Source of the DNA: Bacteriovoracia bacterium
Lineage (GTDB): Bacteria; Bdellovibrionota; UBA1018; JBFWNL01
Direction: 5' to 3'
DNA length: 64,000 nt
Assembly (NCBI GenBank): GCA_050251055.1
Contig: JBFWNL010000001.1
Coordinates: forward strand, 107,825-171,824
Shown: positions 1 through 11,602 of the stretch, one piece after another
Layout of the letters: the number at the start of each line of letters is the position of its first letter
How positions within the stretch are numbered: position 1 is the first letter of the stretch
Notes under the pieces: generated by a model
The model's input: only the letters and a program-made list of their open reading frames with translations
Databases searched by the model: none
Told to the model about the DNA's origin: nothing
Position numbers and translations under genes: made by a program

Positions 1-31
1 CTTCTCCACCAGTTGCTTGTTCTTCAGACAT
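1..31 (-). CDS. 5' fragment of a CDS running off the window (MSEEQATGGE...)
   Basis: ATG at 31 on the minus strand preceded by a GAGGAGG RBS, directly downstream of the FKBP gene. Confidence 0.6.
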   Translation of the reverse strand, partial: MSEEQATGGE

Positions 32-55
32 GGAATGCCTCCTCTTTCAAAAAAG

Positions 56-454
56 TTACTTCACTTCCAAAAGTTCTACTTCGAAAACCAGGGTTGAGTT
101 GGGGGGGATCGCGCCGCCGGCGCCGCGCTCGCCGTATGCCATATCCGGCGGGATGGTGAGCTTGCGCTTGCCGCCGACCTTCATTCCGGCCACGCCTTTG
201 TCCCAGCCGGGGATCACACGGCCTTCGCCCAGGGGAAACTCAAATGGTACACCGCGGTCGAGCGACGAGTCGAACTTCGTGCCGTTCGTCAGCCAACCCG
301 TGTAGTGCACCTTCACGCTCTTGCCTGCGGCGGCTTCGGCGCCGTCGCCGACTTTGAGGTCTTCAGACTTCAGGGACGGCTTGCTCGTGCAGGCGGCGAG
401 AGCAACCGTGCAGACGAGAGTGGCCAGGAAACTTTTCAACGAGACAGAGCGCAT
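56..454 (-). CDS. FKBP-type peptidyl-prolyl cis-trans isomerase (lipoprotein)
   Basis: [41 protein letters not shown] motifs; LAAC lipobox. Confidence 0.95.
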   Translation of the reverse strand: MRSVSLKSFLATLVCTVALAACTSKPSLKSEDLKVGDGAEAAAGKSVKVHYTGWLTNGTKFDSSLDRGVPFEFPLGEGRVIPGWDKGVAGMKVGGKRKLTIPPDMAYGERGAGGAIPPNSTLVFEVELLEVK

Positions 455-637
455 GCTTTCCTCCAGATTATCTTTACCAGATCACTTATAAACGACATGA
501 GCGGTTCCGAAAAACCATAGCCGTTTTAAACCGACTTGAACAGCGATGAAATGGCGCCGCGGCTTATGGCTGATCAAAAAAAACAGGTTTCATAACTCGT
601 TGTGTTGCAAGCGGAGTCGAGGCAGAATCTCCAGTAC

Positions 638-1432
638 ATGGGTTACTTCGAAGCGTTTCTCTTCGGTTTAGTGCAAGGCATTACCGAGTACTTGCCAGTG
701 AGTTCATCCGCGCATTTGATCCTGCTGCCGCGCTTTTTGGGCACGACGGACCCCGGGCTGACCTTCGACGTGTTTTTGCATGTCGGCACCTTGTTCGCGA
801 CCCTCGCGTATTTCTGGCGGGATTGGCTGGGAATTCTGCGCGATCCGAAGGGGCTCTTTAAGTTCGACGGCGAAGGCGTGACCTTAGGGGTGCTTGCGGT
901 GGCGACGCTGCCAGCGCTGATCTTCGGCGCGGCTTTGCATGGGTTTATCGAGACGAGTTTGCGTGCGAATGCCGTGCTGGTGTGTTCGCTTTCGTTAGGC
1001 GGGCTACTACTTTACGTCGTAGATGCGAAAGCTCGCCAGGATCGCGCGTTTGAAACGATACGACTTCGCGACGCGCTTTGGGTGGGCCTGTTCCAATGCC
1101 TCGCGCTCATTCCCGGCGTATCCCGCTCGGGTTCGACCATGATTGGTGGCCGCGCACGGGGTTTGGATCGGGCGGCCGCCGCGCGTTTTTCGTTTTTACT
1201 TTCGGCGCCGGTGACGGGAGCCGCGGTCGTATTTGAAATGCGCCATTGGCGGCAGCTCGTGGAAGGGGTGGGTGACATCGGCCCGCTCCTGGTGGCAGGT
1301 GGCTCGTCGTTCGTGTTTGGGATGCTGGCGATCGGCGGACTTTTGCGCGTGGTGAAACGCTTCGGCTACCTGAGCTTCGCCGCATACCGGGTAGCCCTAG
1401 CGGTTGTGATTGCGCTCTACCTGGGGCTCTAG
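638..1432 (+). CDS. uppP: undecaprenyl-diphosphate phosphatase
   Basis: GLVQGITEYLPVSSSAHL and PGVSRSGST motifs; polytopic; ATG 638 preferred over GTG 602. Confidence 0.95.
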   Translation: MGYFEAFLFGLVQGITEYLPVSSSAHLILLPRFLGTTDPGLTFDVFLHVGTLFATLAYFWRDWLGILRDPKGLFKFDGEGVTLGVLAVATLPALIFGAALHGFIETSLRANAVLVCSLSLGGLLLYVVDAKARQDRAFETIRLRDALWVGLFQCLALIPGVSRSGSTMIGGRARGLDRAAAARFSFLLSAPVTGAAVVFEMRHWRQLVEGVGDIGPLLVAGGSSFVFGMLAIGGLLRVVKRFGYLSFAAYRVALAVVIALYLGL

Positions 1433-1438
1433 CTGTTC

Positions 1439-1726
1439 TTAGTCCAGGGTGTTGCCCGGGCTTTTCTTCTTTTCCGTCTTCTTGCCCTTCGGCACCGCGA
1501 GGATATTCTTCTTCACGAGATCTTTCTTCACCTTGACGTTCTCGTCGCGGGCGCCGCCCAGGAGCTCCTCGATCGCGCGCAGCTCGTCTTCCAGCTCCCA
1601 GCGGGCGAGCAGCATGACGGCTAGGTCTTCGTGGGTTTCCGGCGGTTTCATGCTTTCGTGCACCTTGATCTTGTGACGGATAGCGAGCGTGCGTTGAATG
1701 AGCTCGAGCTTGCGTAAGCGATCCAT
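1439..1726 (-). CDS. hypothetical helical protein with basic C-terminus
   Basis: Follows acnA at 12 bp; GC3-biased codon usage; no recognisable motif. Confidence 0.7.
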   Translation of the reverse strand: MDRLRKLELIQRTLAIRHKIKVHESMKPPETHEDLAVMLLARWELEDELRAIEELLGGARDENVKVKKDLVKKNILAVPKGKKTEKKKSPGNTLD

Positions 1727-1738
1727 AGAAGTTCGTGC

Positions 1739-4456
<2,718 letters not shown>

Positions 4457-4523
4457 GACATTTCCCCTGTGTTTCCCCGATTTTAGCGAAAAAAGGGGGC
4501 GAGGGTAAGGCCAAAATATTTTT

Positions 4524-5876
4524 TTAAGACGGGGTGCGGCGTCGACTGAGCAAATAGACCATCCAGACGCCGAAAACCGCGAGAATCAGCGGCCGGAGCC
4601 ACAACCAGGTGTCCGGCCAGGGCCGCCCCGGCACGATCGCGGGTCCATTGTAGCCGATGAGACGCGTGACGAGTTCCGCTGGGCGATCACCTTCCACTCG
4701 AGCCAGTAAGTTGAGAGATTCGGTGAAAGCCTGGGCGGGAAAACCACCGGTGAGATCCTTGGTGCGCACGTTCTGCAACGGGACCATTTTTTTGACGGTC
4801 TCGGTTCCCAGGGGGTTCATCCGGCCGGAAATTTGGCCGGCGCCGGCCGGCCCGGCGGGTACGACCAGCATGTCGAGCGCGGGCAGGGCATCCGCGCCGA
4901 TTGTCGGCGCAAATTCCAGCCCGAACGCGGTGGGGACGAGCTCGCGCTTTTCGCCGACGCTCACCACGCGTGCGCCGGTGGTGCGCGGAAAGGTTTCCCC
5001 GACGGCCGCGGCGGCCAGGGCGCTCACGCCCGGATAAAGCAGGATACCCACCCCACGGCGAGTCCAGTCGTAACCCGCGGTGAGAAAGAGGGTCAAGGCG
5101 TCGCGGCTTCGCCAGCCAGCCCGCACGGTCGCCGCGGGTTTCCCTCGGCTGCGCGCGGACGGTTTATCGAATCCCAACGCCTGGCGCGCCTGCGCGGCCG
5201 GCCCGTCGCCCGCGGCGATCTCGACCGTGAGGAAGGCCGCGTCGATCGCTTCATAAATGCCCGCGGAGGTAATGAGATTGCCGTCGATCACGGTGCTTTC
5301 GTCATCGATCCAAGCTACCTCGGGATATTTAGTTCGCAGATCCTCCAGCGCGACGAAGTGACTGGTGGCGCGCCGGTTCGTAAGCTGGCCCGCGGCGGCG
5401 AGCAGGCGTGCGCCCTCGCCGTGGGCCAGGATCCACTTCGCCTTCGGAGCGAATTCCTTTACCCAGGCCACGAGCTTTTCTTCGGTGGGATCGAGTACGG
5501 ACGGCAGCACCAATAGATCCACGCGAGGAATCTCATCGAGTTCCGCCTCGGGTAAAATCGCGAGTTCGGTCGTCGTGGCGGAAAGCTTACGCGTGGGTGC
5601 CGCGGTCACGACCTGAAAGGCGCCGGAGGCGGCGATGATCTCATAGCTCGCGGCAAGCTCGGTGATCTGCGTGCCGAGATTGCTCACGACAATGACGGCC
5701 AGCGGGCGCGAGGGTTTCAGATTTGCGTGCGGCGGCGGCAGGGGTAGCGCTTCGGGTTCGCCGTGAGTCATCAAGCCTTTCAGCACCATCAGCGCCACGA
5801 GCATTCCCACGAAAAGCGGGGGGAGTAGGAAACCAAAAAAGTAGGCAAGTGCACGACTTATATGGAAAAAACGCAT
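4524..5876 (-). CDS. membrane-anchored DJ-1/PfpI-family protein with two domains
   Basis: RRATSH, IDGNLITSAGI, DLLVLP / DMLVVPAG; hydrophobic segments at both ends; nucleophile Cys appears absent. Confidence 0.75.
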   Translation of the reverse strand: MRFFHISRALAYFFGFLLPPLFVGMLVALMVLKGLMTHGEPEALPLPPPHANLKPSRPLAVIVVSNLGTQITELAASYEIIAASGAFQVVTAAPTRKLSATTTELAILPEAELDEIPRVDLLVLPSVLDPTEEKLVAWVKEFAPKAKWILAHGEGARLLAAAGQLTNRRATSHFVALEDLRTKYPEVAWIDDESTVIDGNLITSAGIYEAIDAAFLTVEIAAGDGPAAQARQALGFDKPSARSRGKPAATVRAGWRSRDALTLFLTAGYDWTRRGVGILLYPGVSALAAAAVGETFPRTTGARVVSVGEKRELVPTAFGLEFAPTIGADALPALDMLVVPAGPAGAGQISGRMNPLGTETVKKMVPLQNVRTKDLTGGFPAQAFTESLNLLARVEGDRPAELVTRLIGYNGPAIVPGRPWPDTWLWLRPLILAVFGVWMVYLLSRRRTPS

Positions 5877-5987
5877 TCATCAGTCATATACACCTGAGGG
5901 GGCCTAGCCAAGGGCCTTTTCTAGACTTCCTGCGGCGTAGATGGTACGCACCGCGTTGGTTATTTCAATTGGGGAATCGGGGTGAAG

Positions 5988-8093
5988 ATGGGTTCTCAAG
6001 CCAATCCGGTGATTCAGCTCAACGTAGGCGCTAAGCGGGCCGGCCAAGCCATGCCTGGACTGGATGCCCCTAGCCCGGAATCCGAAGACGCCGCGGTCGA
6101 TGCCTTAGTCGGCGGTAAGCTCAGTCTCACCGCCTTCCAGACTTTAGCCGGTAATCTCGGCGGCTATCCCTACGTGAAGGTCGTCATCGATAAAGAGCGC
6201 GACCTGATTCATTTCATCAATCACGAAAAGTTCGCATTCCACGCCGAATACATCGCGCAAAAAATCCTAGGGATCACGCGCGAGCAGCTCCACGAACAGA
6301 TCGATGATTTCAATCGTAACGTATATCTGATCGACGAGCGTCGCTTTTACCTGGGCATCATCGCCCTCCATGAGCGCCCCGAGAAGCATTTCTTTACGCT
6401 GGAGACGGTCGAGATCGACACCATGAATTTGGCGATGCTCGAGTGGTTCTACAATGGGGTGAAGAAGTACCTCGACACGACCAATCCTTTGCTGGTGAAG
6501 CCCGCCAACCATGCGCAGGAGGTGATGCTCCAAGAGGTCGATCCCAACCGTTTGCCGCGGGTGTTTAACCACGAGCTGCTCGCCTCGGCGAGTTTCGTAG
6601 CGCTCAACGCGGGGGCAGCCCACGGGCGCGTGCGCGCGTTCAGGAGCGAACTCGAATATCGCAAGGCACTCCCTACGATCGAGTGGTTCGACATCATCGT
6701 CATGGAGCGGGTGCCGGACAGCATCCCTCGCGTCTCGGGCATCATCAACGCCCAGCACACGACGCCGCTTTCGCATACGAACGTGCTTGCCAGCGGTTGG
6801 CAGATTCCGAACGCCGTGCAGATCGGGATTTTCGACGAGATCGCCCGGCAAAAGCTGGATGGCGCCTGGGTGCACTACGAGGTGGATCGCAAGCTGGGTC
6901 GTATCCAGCTCGAAAAAGCGGAGCGCCCGGCGGAACTCTCGCAGCGCCCGACCTGGAGCGTGCAGCGGATCAAGCTCGAAGAACCCGAAACGGTCAATAC
7001 CCCCATTCGCCAGCTCTCCGATCTGCGCATGAGCGATCGCTTTCGTTACGGTACCAAGGCCGCGAACCTGGGGGAGCTCAAGCATCTGCTCGAGCACGGC
7101 TCCCAGCGACTGCTCGGGTTTTACAAAGTCCGGCGTCCGCCGCGCGAGAATCTGCTTCCGTTCCTGGCTAAGTACCTGGGCGCGGGTAGCGCTTCGGACC
7201 TGCATCGGCACGCCGGCGAGTTCCTGCGTCGAAGCCTCACGATACCGCGTGGCATCGCCATTCCGTTTTCCGTGCAGCAGCTGTTTCTCGAAACTTCGCC
7301 GGCCATCCAGCAGCAAATTGGCAAGCTCAAGATGGCGCTTGAGCTCAATGCGCGCGAGATCGATCCGATCTGCCTCAACCTTCAGCAGACGATCCGGGCG
7401 ACGCGCATGCCGGATCGCATTCGTGACCTTATCGACAACGAAATCGCCAATCACCTCAGCGGCGTTTCGAGCTTCGTGGTGCGCAGCTCGTCCAATGCGG
7501 AGGATTTGCAGGGCTTTTCCGCCGCCGGCATCTACGAGTCGATCAATCACGTCACGACCGCGCAGAACATCTTCGAGAGCATCAAGGAGGTTTGGGCATC
7601 CCTCGTTTCGCCCCGGAGCGTGCGCCTGCGCAACGACGTGGGCATCTCGCTCGACGATTGCTACATGGGCGTGATCGTGCAAGAGGAAGTCCAGGCTCCG
7701 CGCGGCGAGAGTATGATGGGCGGCGTGATGGTCACGACCAATCCCACCGCGCATGGTTCTGATTTTCGTAACGTCTATATCAACGCATCGCTGAGCTCCG
7801 CCGTGGGCAAGAGCGCGCAGGGAGGGGTAAATAAAGTCGTGGCCGGCGCCGAGCTCCCTTATCAGTACCTCCTCAACGCCGTCGAAGGCGGCGCGCGCAC
7901 TCTTTCGATCGGGGGGGCTACCCGGGATCTGCCGGAAGGGAAGTTCCGCGTCTTGCAGAAGCTCGCCTTCGCCGGTCGCCTGCTGCAGTCGCATTTTTCT
8001 CCGGACTACACTTTCAATGCTCCCATCGATGTCGAGTGGGCCGCGACTGACGAGGAGATCTTCATCCTGCAGCTGCGCCCGTTTAATTGCTGA
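5988..8093 (+). CDS. PEP/pyruvate-binding (PPDK_N ATP-grasp) domain protein with upstream phospho-His swivel motif
   Basis: YGTKAANLGEL, VVRSSSNAEDLQGFSAAGIYES, VWAS, MGVIVQE, DVEWA, LQLRP; TPLSH motif N-terminal to the ATP-grasp. Confidence 0.85.
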   Translation: MGSQANPVIQLNVGAKRAGQAMPGLDAPSPESEDAAVDALVGGKLSLTAFQTLAGNLGGYPYVKVVIDKERDLIHFINHEKFAFHAEYIAQKILGITREQLHEQIDDFNRNVYLIDERRFYLGIIALHERPEKHFFTLETVEIDTMNLAMLEWFYNGVKKYLDTTNPLLVKPANHAQEVMLQEVDPNRLPRVFNHELLASASFVALNAGAAHGRVRAFRSELEYRKALPTIEWFDIIVMERVPDSIPRVSGIINAQHTTPLSHTNVLASGWQIPNAVQIGIFDEIARQKLDGAWVHYEVDRKLGRIQLEKAERPAELSQRPTWSVQRIKLEEPETVNTPIRQLSDLRMSDRFRYGTKAANLGELKHLLEHGSQRLLGFYKVRRPPRENLLPFLAKYLGAGSASDLHRHAGEFLRRSLTIPRGIAIPFSVQQLFLETSPAIQQQIGKLKMALELNAREIDPICLNLQQTIRATRMPDRIRDLIDNEIANHLSGVSSFVVRSSSNAEDLQGFSAAGIYESINHVTTAQNIFESIKEVWASLVSPRSVRLRNDVGISLDDCYMGVIVQEEVQAPRGESMMGGVMVTTNPTAHGSDFRNVYINASLSSAVGKSAQGGVNKVVAGAELPYQYLLNAVEGGARTLSIGGATRDLPEGKFRVLQKLAFAGRLLQSHFSPDYTFNAPIDVEWAATDEEIFILQLRPFNC

Positions 8094-9346
8094 TGTCGCC
8101 GCGATCGATTATCCGCGGATACTACGCCTTCCAGCTTTTCTTCTCGCTCCTGATCTGGATCCCGGTCTTTTACGAGTTCCAGGTTCGGCTCGGCATGCCG
8201 GCCGAGGAGATCTTCGGCATCCAAAGCATTTACTACGTGGTGTTTTGTTTCCTGGAATTCCCGACGGGATACTTCGCGGATCGTTACGGATATAAGCGCA
8301 GTCTACAGGTCGCGTCCCTCATGCTCGTACTGGGGAATCTCATGCCTTACGGCTGCGTTTACGGTTGGATCAGCCCGTACGCGGGCATGCTCGCGTCTTA
8401 TCTGGGTATCGCGCTCGCGCGCTCTTTCAGTTCGGGCGCCACGGCGGCGTACTTGTACGAATATCTGAAAGGTCAGGGGCGGGCGGCGGAATTCAAGCGC
8501 GTTGAGGGAAACGCGCGGGCGTATTCGCTGGTCGGGCGTACGCTGGTGATTCCGTTTGCCGGCCTGATGATGAACTGGCATCTACCGCTTCCGTACGGGA
8601 TCACCGCCGTGAACGCCGTGGTGGCGGGATTGGCCGCGAGCTGGCTACCGGCGTTGCCGGTGGCCGCGCCCATCGCGGGAGCCGGGCCAACGGCGGCGCG
8701 GTTTTCGCGCGTCACCGCCGCGTGGCTCACGCTTTGGCGAACGCCTCGGTTGGGCTTGATCATGCTGCAAGGGATCGCGCTTTTCCTGTTGCCGCGTCTG
8801 GTGCAGCTCTATCTTTTTCAGCCTCTCCTGCAAGTGAAGGGGCTGAAGGTGGAAGTCTTTGGCGCGATCATGTCCGGGATGATGCTGGCGGAAGCGGTGG
8901 GGTCTGCCCAGTTGCTCCGACGCCGTCAGGAAGGGCCGACGCCAGTACTTCAATCCGCGCGTGCCACGGGGACCATTCTAATTTATACGACGGTGATTTG
9001 CTTTAGCCTCGTGGCGGCCGCTTACTTCGAAGGCTGGAGATGCCTGGCGAGTTTGGGCGTGTTTTCCTTTACGGTGGGTCGGGCCTTTCCCATTCAAGCG
9101 CAGCTGTTAAATGATGCTATTCCTGACTCGGGACTGCGCGCGAGCTTGCTCTCGGTGAACGCGATTTTCGAGCGTGGCGGCGCGAGCATCGTCGCTTATT
9201 TGGCCGGGCAGTATGTGGCCGCGCAGGCGACTTTGGGTTTTTTGGCCGTGGCTTCGCTCCTCACCTGGGCCCTGGTGCTGGTCATTGGCGGCACGAAGTG
9301 GCGTATATATGATCGGCCCTTGACGGGCGGCCCCAGCATGGCCTAG
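8093..9346 (+). CDS. MFS transporter
   Basis: About 12 hydrophobic segments; EFPTGYFADRYGYKRS motif A; TGATG overlap with the upstream gene. Confidence 0.9.
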   Translation: MSPRSIIRGYYAFQLFFSLLIWIPVFYEFQVRLGMPAEEIFGIQSIYYVVFCFLEFPTGYFADRYGYKRSLQVASLMLVLGNLMPYGCVYGWISPYAGMLASYLGIALARSFSSGATAAYLYEYLKGQGRAAEFKRVEGNARAYSLVGRTLVIPFAGLMMNWHLPLPYGITAVNAVVAGLAASWLPALPVAAPIAGAGPTAARFSRVTAAWLTLWRTPRLGLIMLQGIALFLLPRLVQLYLFQPLLQVKGLKVEVFGAIMSGMMLAEAVGSAQLLRRRQEGPTPVLQSARATGTILIYTTVICFSLVAAAYFEGWRCLASLGVFSFTVGRAFPIQAQLLNDAIPDSGLRASLLSVNAIFERGGASIVAYLAGQYVAAQATLGFLAVASLLTWALVLVIGGTKWRIYDRPLTGGPSMA

Positions 9347-9355
9347 AAGTCCGGT

Positions 9356-10366
9356 ATGGCACAAAAACCCGTTACGGACTTCATTTCCAAGCATTATCGT
9401 CACTTCAATGCCGCGACGCTCAAAGACGCGTCGGATGCGTACAATAAGCACCTCGCCGGCGGCGGCAAGATGATGGTCACCCTGGCCGGCGCGATGAGCA
9501 CGGCGGAGCTAGGGATCTCGCTCGCGGAGATGATCCGCCAAGATAAGATTCACGCCATTTCCTGCACGGGCGCCAATTTGGAAGAAGACCTCTTCAATCT
9601 GGTTGCTCACGATCACTACGTGCGTATTCCTAATTACCGCGATCTCACCGCGAAGGACGAGGAAGACCTGCTCAGTCGTCATCTTAACCGCGTGACGGAT
9701 ACCTGCATTCCGGAAGAAGAGGCCATGCGTCGGTTGGAGAAACTCCTGAACGATGAGTGGGCGAGTGCTGACCAGAAGAAGGAGCGCTACTTCCCGCACG
9801 AGTTCCTGTATCGCATCATCCGCAGTGGGAAGTTGAAGCAGTTTTATCAAATCAATCCCGAGCACAGCTGGATGATCGCCGCGTGCGAAAAAAACCTGCC
9901 GATTTTTGTTCCGGGCTGGGAAGATTCCACCTCCGCCAATATGTACGCCGCCTTCTGCATGCGCGAGAAGGTGAAGAACGTGCACACGGTCCGAAGCGGG
10001 ATCGAGTACATGATTGCGCTCGCCGACTGGTACCAGAAGAACGCGTACTACCCAGGCCAGCAGACGTCGGCGGCCGATCTTAAGGACGGCGCCATTGGGT
10101 TTTATCAAATCGGCGGCGGCATCGCCGGCGACTTCCCGATCTGCGTCGTGCCGATGCTTCATCAAGACATGCAGAAGCCCGTGCCGATCTGGGGCTACTT
10201 CTGCCAGATCTCGGATTCGACGACGAGCTATGGATCTTACTCGGGAGCGGTGCCGAACGAGAAAATCACCTGGGGTAAGCTGAGCGCGCAAACGCCGAAG
10301 TACATCATCGAGTCGGATGCGAGTATCGTCGCGCCGCTCATGTTTGCCTACATCCTGGGCTGGTAG
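9356..10366 (+). CDS. deoxyhypusine synthase-like protein (probable homospermidine synthase)
   Basis: LAGAMSTAELG, CTGANLEEDL, NRVTDT, GSYSGAVPNEKITWGK with the catalytic Lys retained. Confidence 0.9.
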   Translation: MAQKPVTDFISKHYRHFNAATLKDASDAYNKHLAGGGKMMVTLAGAMSTAELGISLAEMIRQDKIHAISCTGANLEEDLFNLVAHDHYVRIPNYRDLTAKDEEDLLSRHLNRVTDTCIPEEEAMRRLEKLLNDEWASADQKKERYFPHEFLYRIIRSGKLKQFYQINPEHSWMIAACEKNLPIFVPGWEDSTSANMYAAFCMREKVKNVHTVRSGIEYMIALADWYQKNAYYPGQQTSAADLKDGAIGFYQIGGGIAGDFPICVVPMLHQDMQKPVPIWGYFCQISDSTTSYGSYSGAVPNEKITWGKLSAQTPKYIIESDASIVAPLMFAYILGW

Positions 10367-11602
10367 TCAAAGAAGGAACTTCAGTCTCGTCCAGAAGTCC
10401 AAGGCCAGCGACGTATTGAGCCAGCGTCCGCTATTTCGCTCGCCCTCAAGCAAATTCGCGCTCATGAGACTTCCTCCCAGTGCGAAAGCCGTACTCCCAC
10501 CCGCTTGGAACTCGTGCGAAAACTTCGCGCCGAAGCCGCCCCGGGTGTTGAAGTATCCTTGGGTTCCGAAACCGCCCCGGCGATTCCCCACGGTGGAGCC
10601 GCGCCCCTGGTAACCGAACGACGCTTCGACGACGGTTCTCCCGCGGAAAATCGTTTCGACACTGAAGGGTAGTGTGTAGTCCGAGAAGTCAAGCGCCGCA
10701 CGGGCGCGGTAAGACAAACCGTCGCGGTTCTGGAAGAACGAGAAGTTCGGCAGGCGAAAGGCGCCGATGGACGGGGCGGAAACATTGGGATCGCCAGTGC
10801 CGACGTAACGGCCGACGGACAAAAAGTACGACCAGGCGGTCGCGCTCAAACCCATGGCTACCATCGAACCCGTCCGTAGGTCGCTCGTGGACACGGCAAT
10901 ACCCTGTGCGGCATACGCCGACCGGATGACGGAGACGTCGCCTTCGACGCCTTGGTCGGTAGTATTCGCGTAATTGTAAGGATCGAATTTCGCCCGGTAG
11001 TAGGCCATGATTTGATTGATATGCCCGCCGTTACTGGCGACTTCGTCCTCGAGGGCCTCGGCGAACATCATCGAGTTGTTCATGCCGCCTTGGGACAAAG
11101 CCAAAGTCCAGTTCGAGGGCGTGGCTCCACCCCCGCCTCCCGAGGAGGTCGTAGCGCCGTTCCCGTACTGTCCGAGCCCGACCGCGAAGAAGGAGAAGAT
11201 CGACGTATGATTGCCGCCGTTGTTCCACGCGTAAATGGGCGTGGTCCCCGACGCGGCGACGCGGGTGCCGTGCCCGAGCTCGTGATTGGCGACGAAGAAG
11301 GAATACTGTGGATACATCCAGCCCAGGGGCATCGCGAAGGCCCAAAGAAGGCGCGTGGGAAACGACTTGCCAACGAAGGTTTCTTCGCCGACGGCGTCGA
11401 AAAGGGTCATGCCGAAGTATTCCCATTCGATGCCGAACTCCCACATCGAGCGGTTCGAAACCAAGAACGGAACATAGCCCGAGTCTAGCGAGAAGGATTT
11501 GGTTCCCTTGAATTTCTCCGCGTGGGCCGGAAGAATTGGTCCGACGACTAGTGAGCCGAGCACAAAGAGGAAACAGATCAGTATTTTTGGGATTCGAGCC
11601 AT
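10367..11602 (-). CDS. secreted hypothetical protein with HEXXH motif and beta-strand-like C-terminus
   Basis: Signal peptide ending AHA; NHELGHG; amphipathic strands ending WTRLKFLL. Confidence 0.7.
   Translation of the reverse strand: MARIPKILICFLFVLGSLVVGPILPAHAEKFKGTKSFSLDSGYVPFLVSNRSMWEFGIEWEYFGMTLFDAVGEETFVGKSFPTRLLWAFAMPLGWMYPQYSFFVANHELGHGTRVAASGTTPIYAWNNGGNHTSIFSFFAVGLGQYGNGATTSSGGGGGATPSNWTLALSQGGMNNSMMFAEALEDEVASNGGHINQIMAYYRAKFDPYNYANTTDQGVEGDVSVIRSAYAAQGIAVSTSDLRTGSMVAMGLSATAWSYFLSVGRYVGTGDPNVSAPSIGAFRLPNFSFFQNRDGLSYRARAALDFSDYTLPFSVETIFRGRTVVEASFGYQGRGSTVGNRRGGFGTQGYFNTRGGFGAKFSHEFQAGGSTAFALGGSLMSANLLEGERNSGRWLNTSLALDFWTRLKFLL

Noticed and set aside
6267-7994. 575-aa antisense ORF (also 60032-61246, 57968-58888, 9509-10291, 21348-22454 and similar)
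   Set aside because: Shadow ORFs opposite clearly recognisable genes; expected from high GC3 codon bias; no motifs
9356-10366. Eukaryote-like hypusination system
   Set aside because: Bacterial DHS-like proteins are widespread and generally linked to polyamine synthesis; no EF-P/eIF5A gene adjacent
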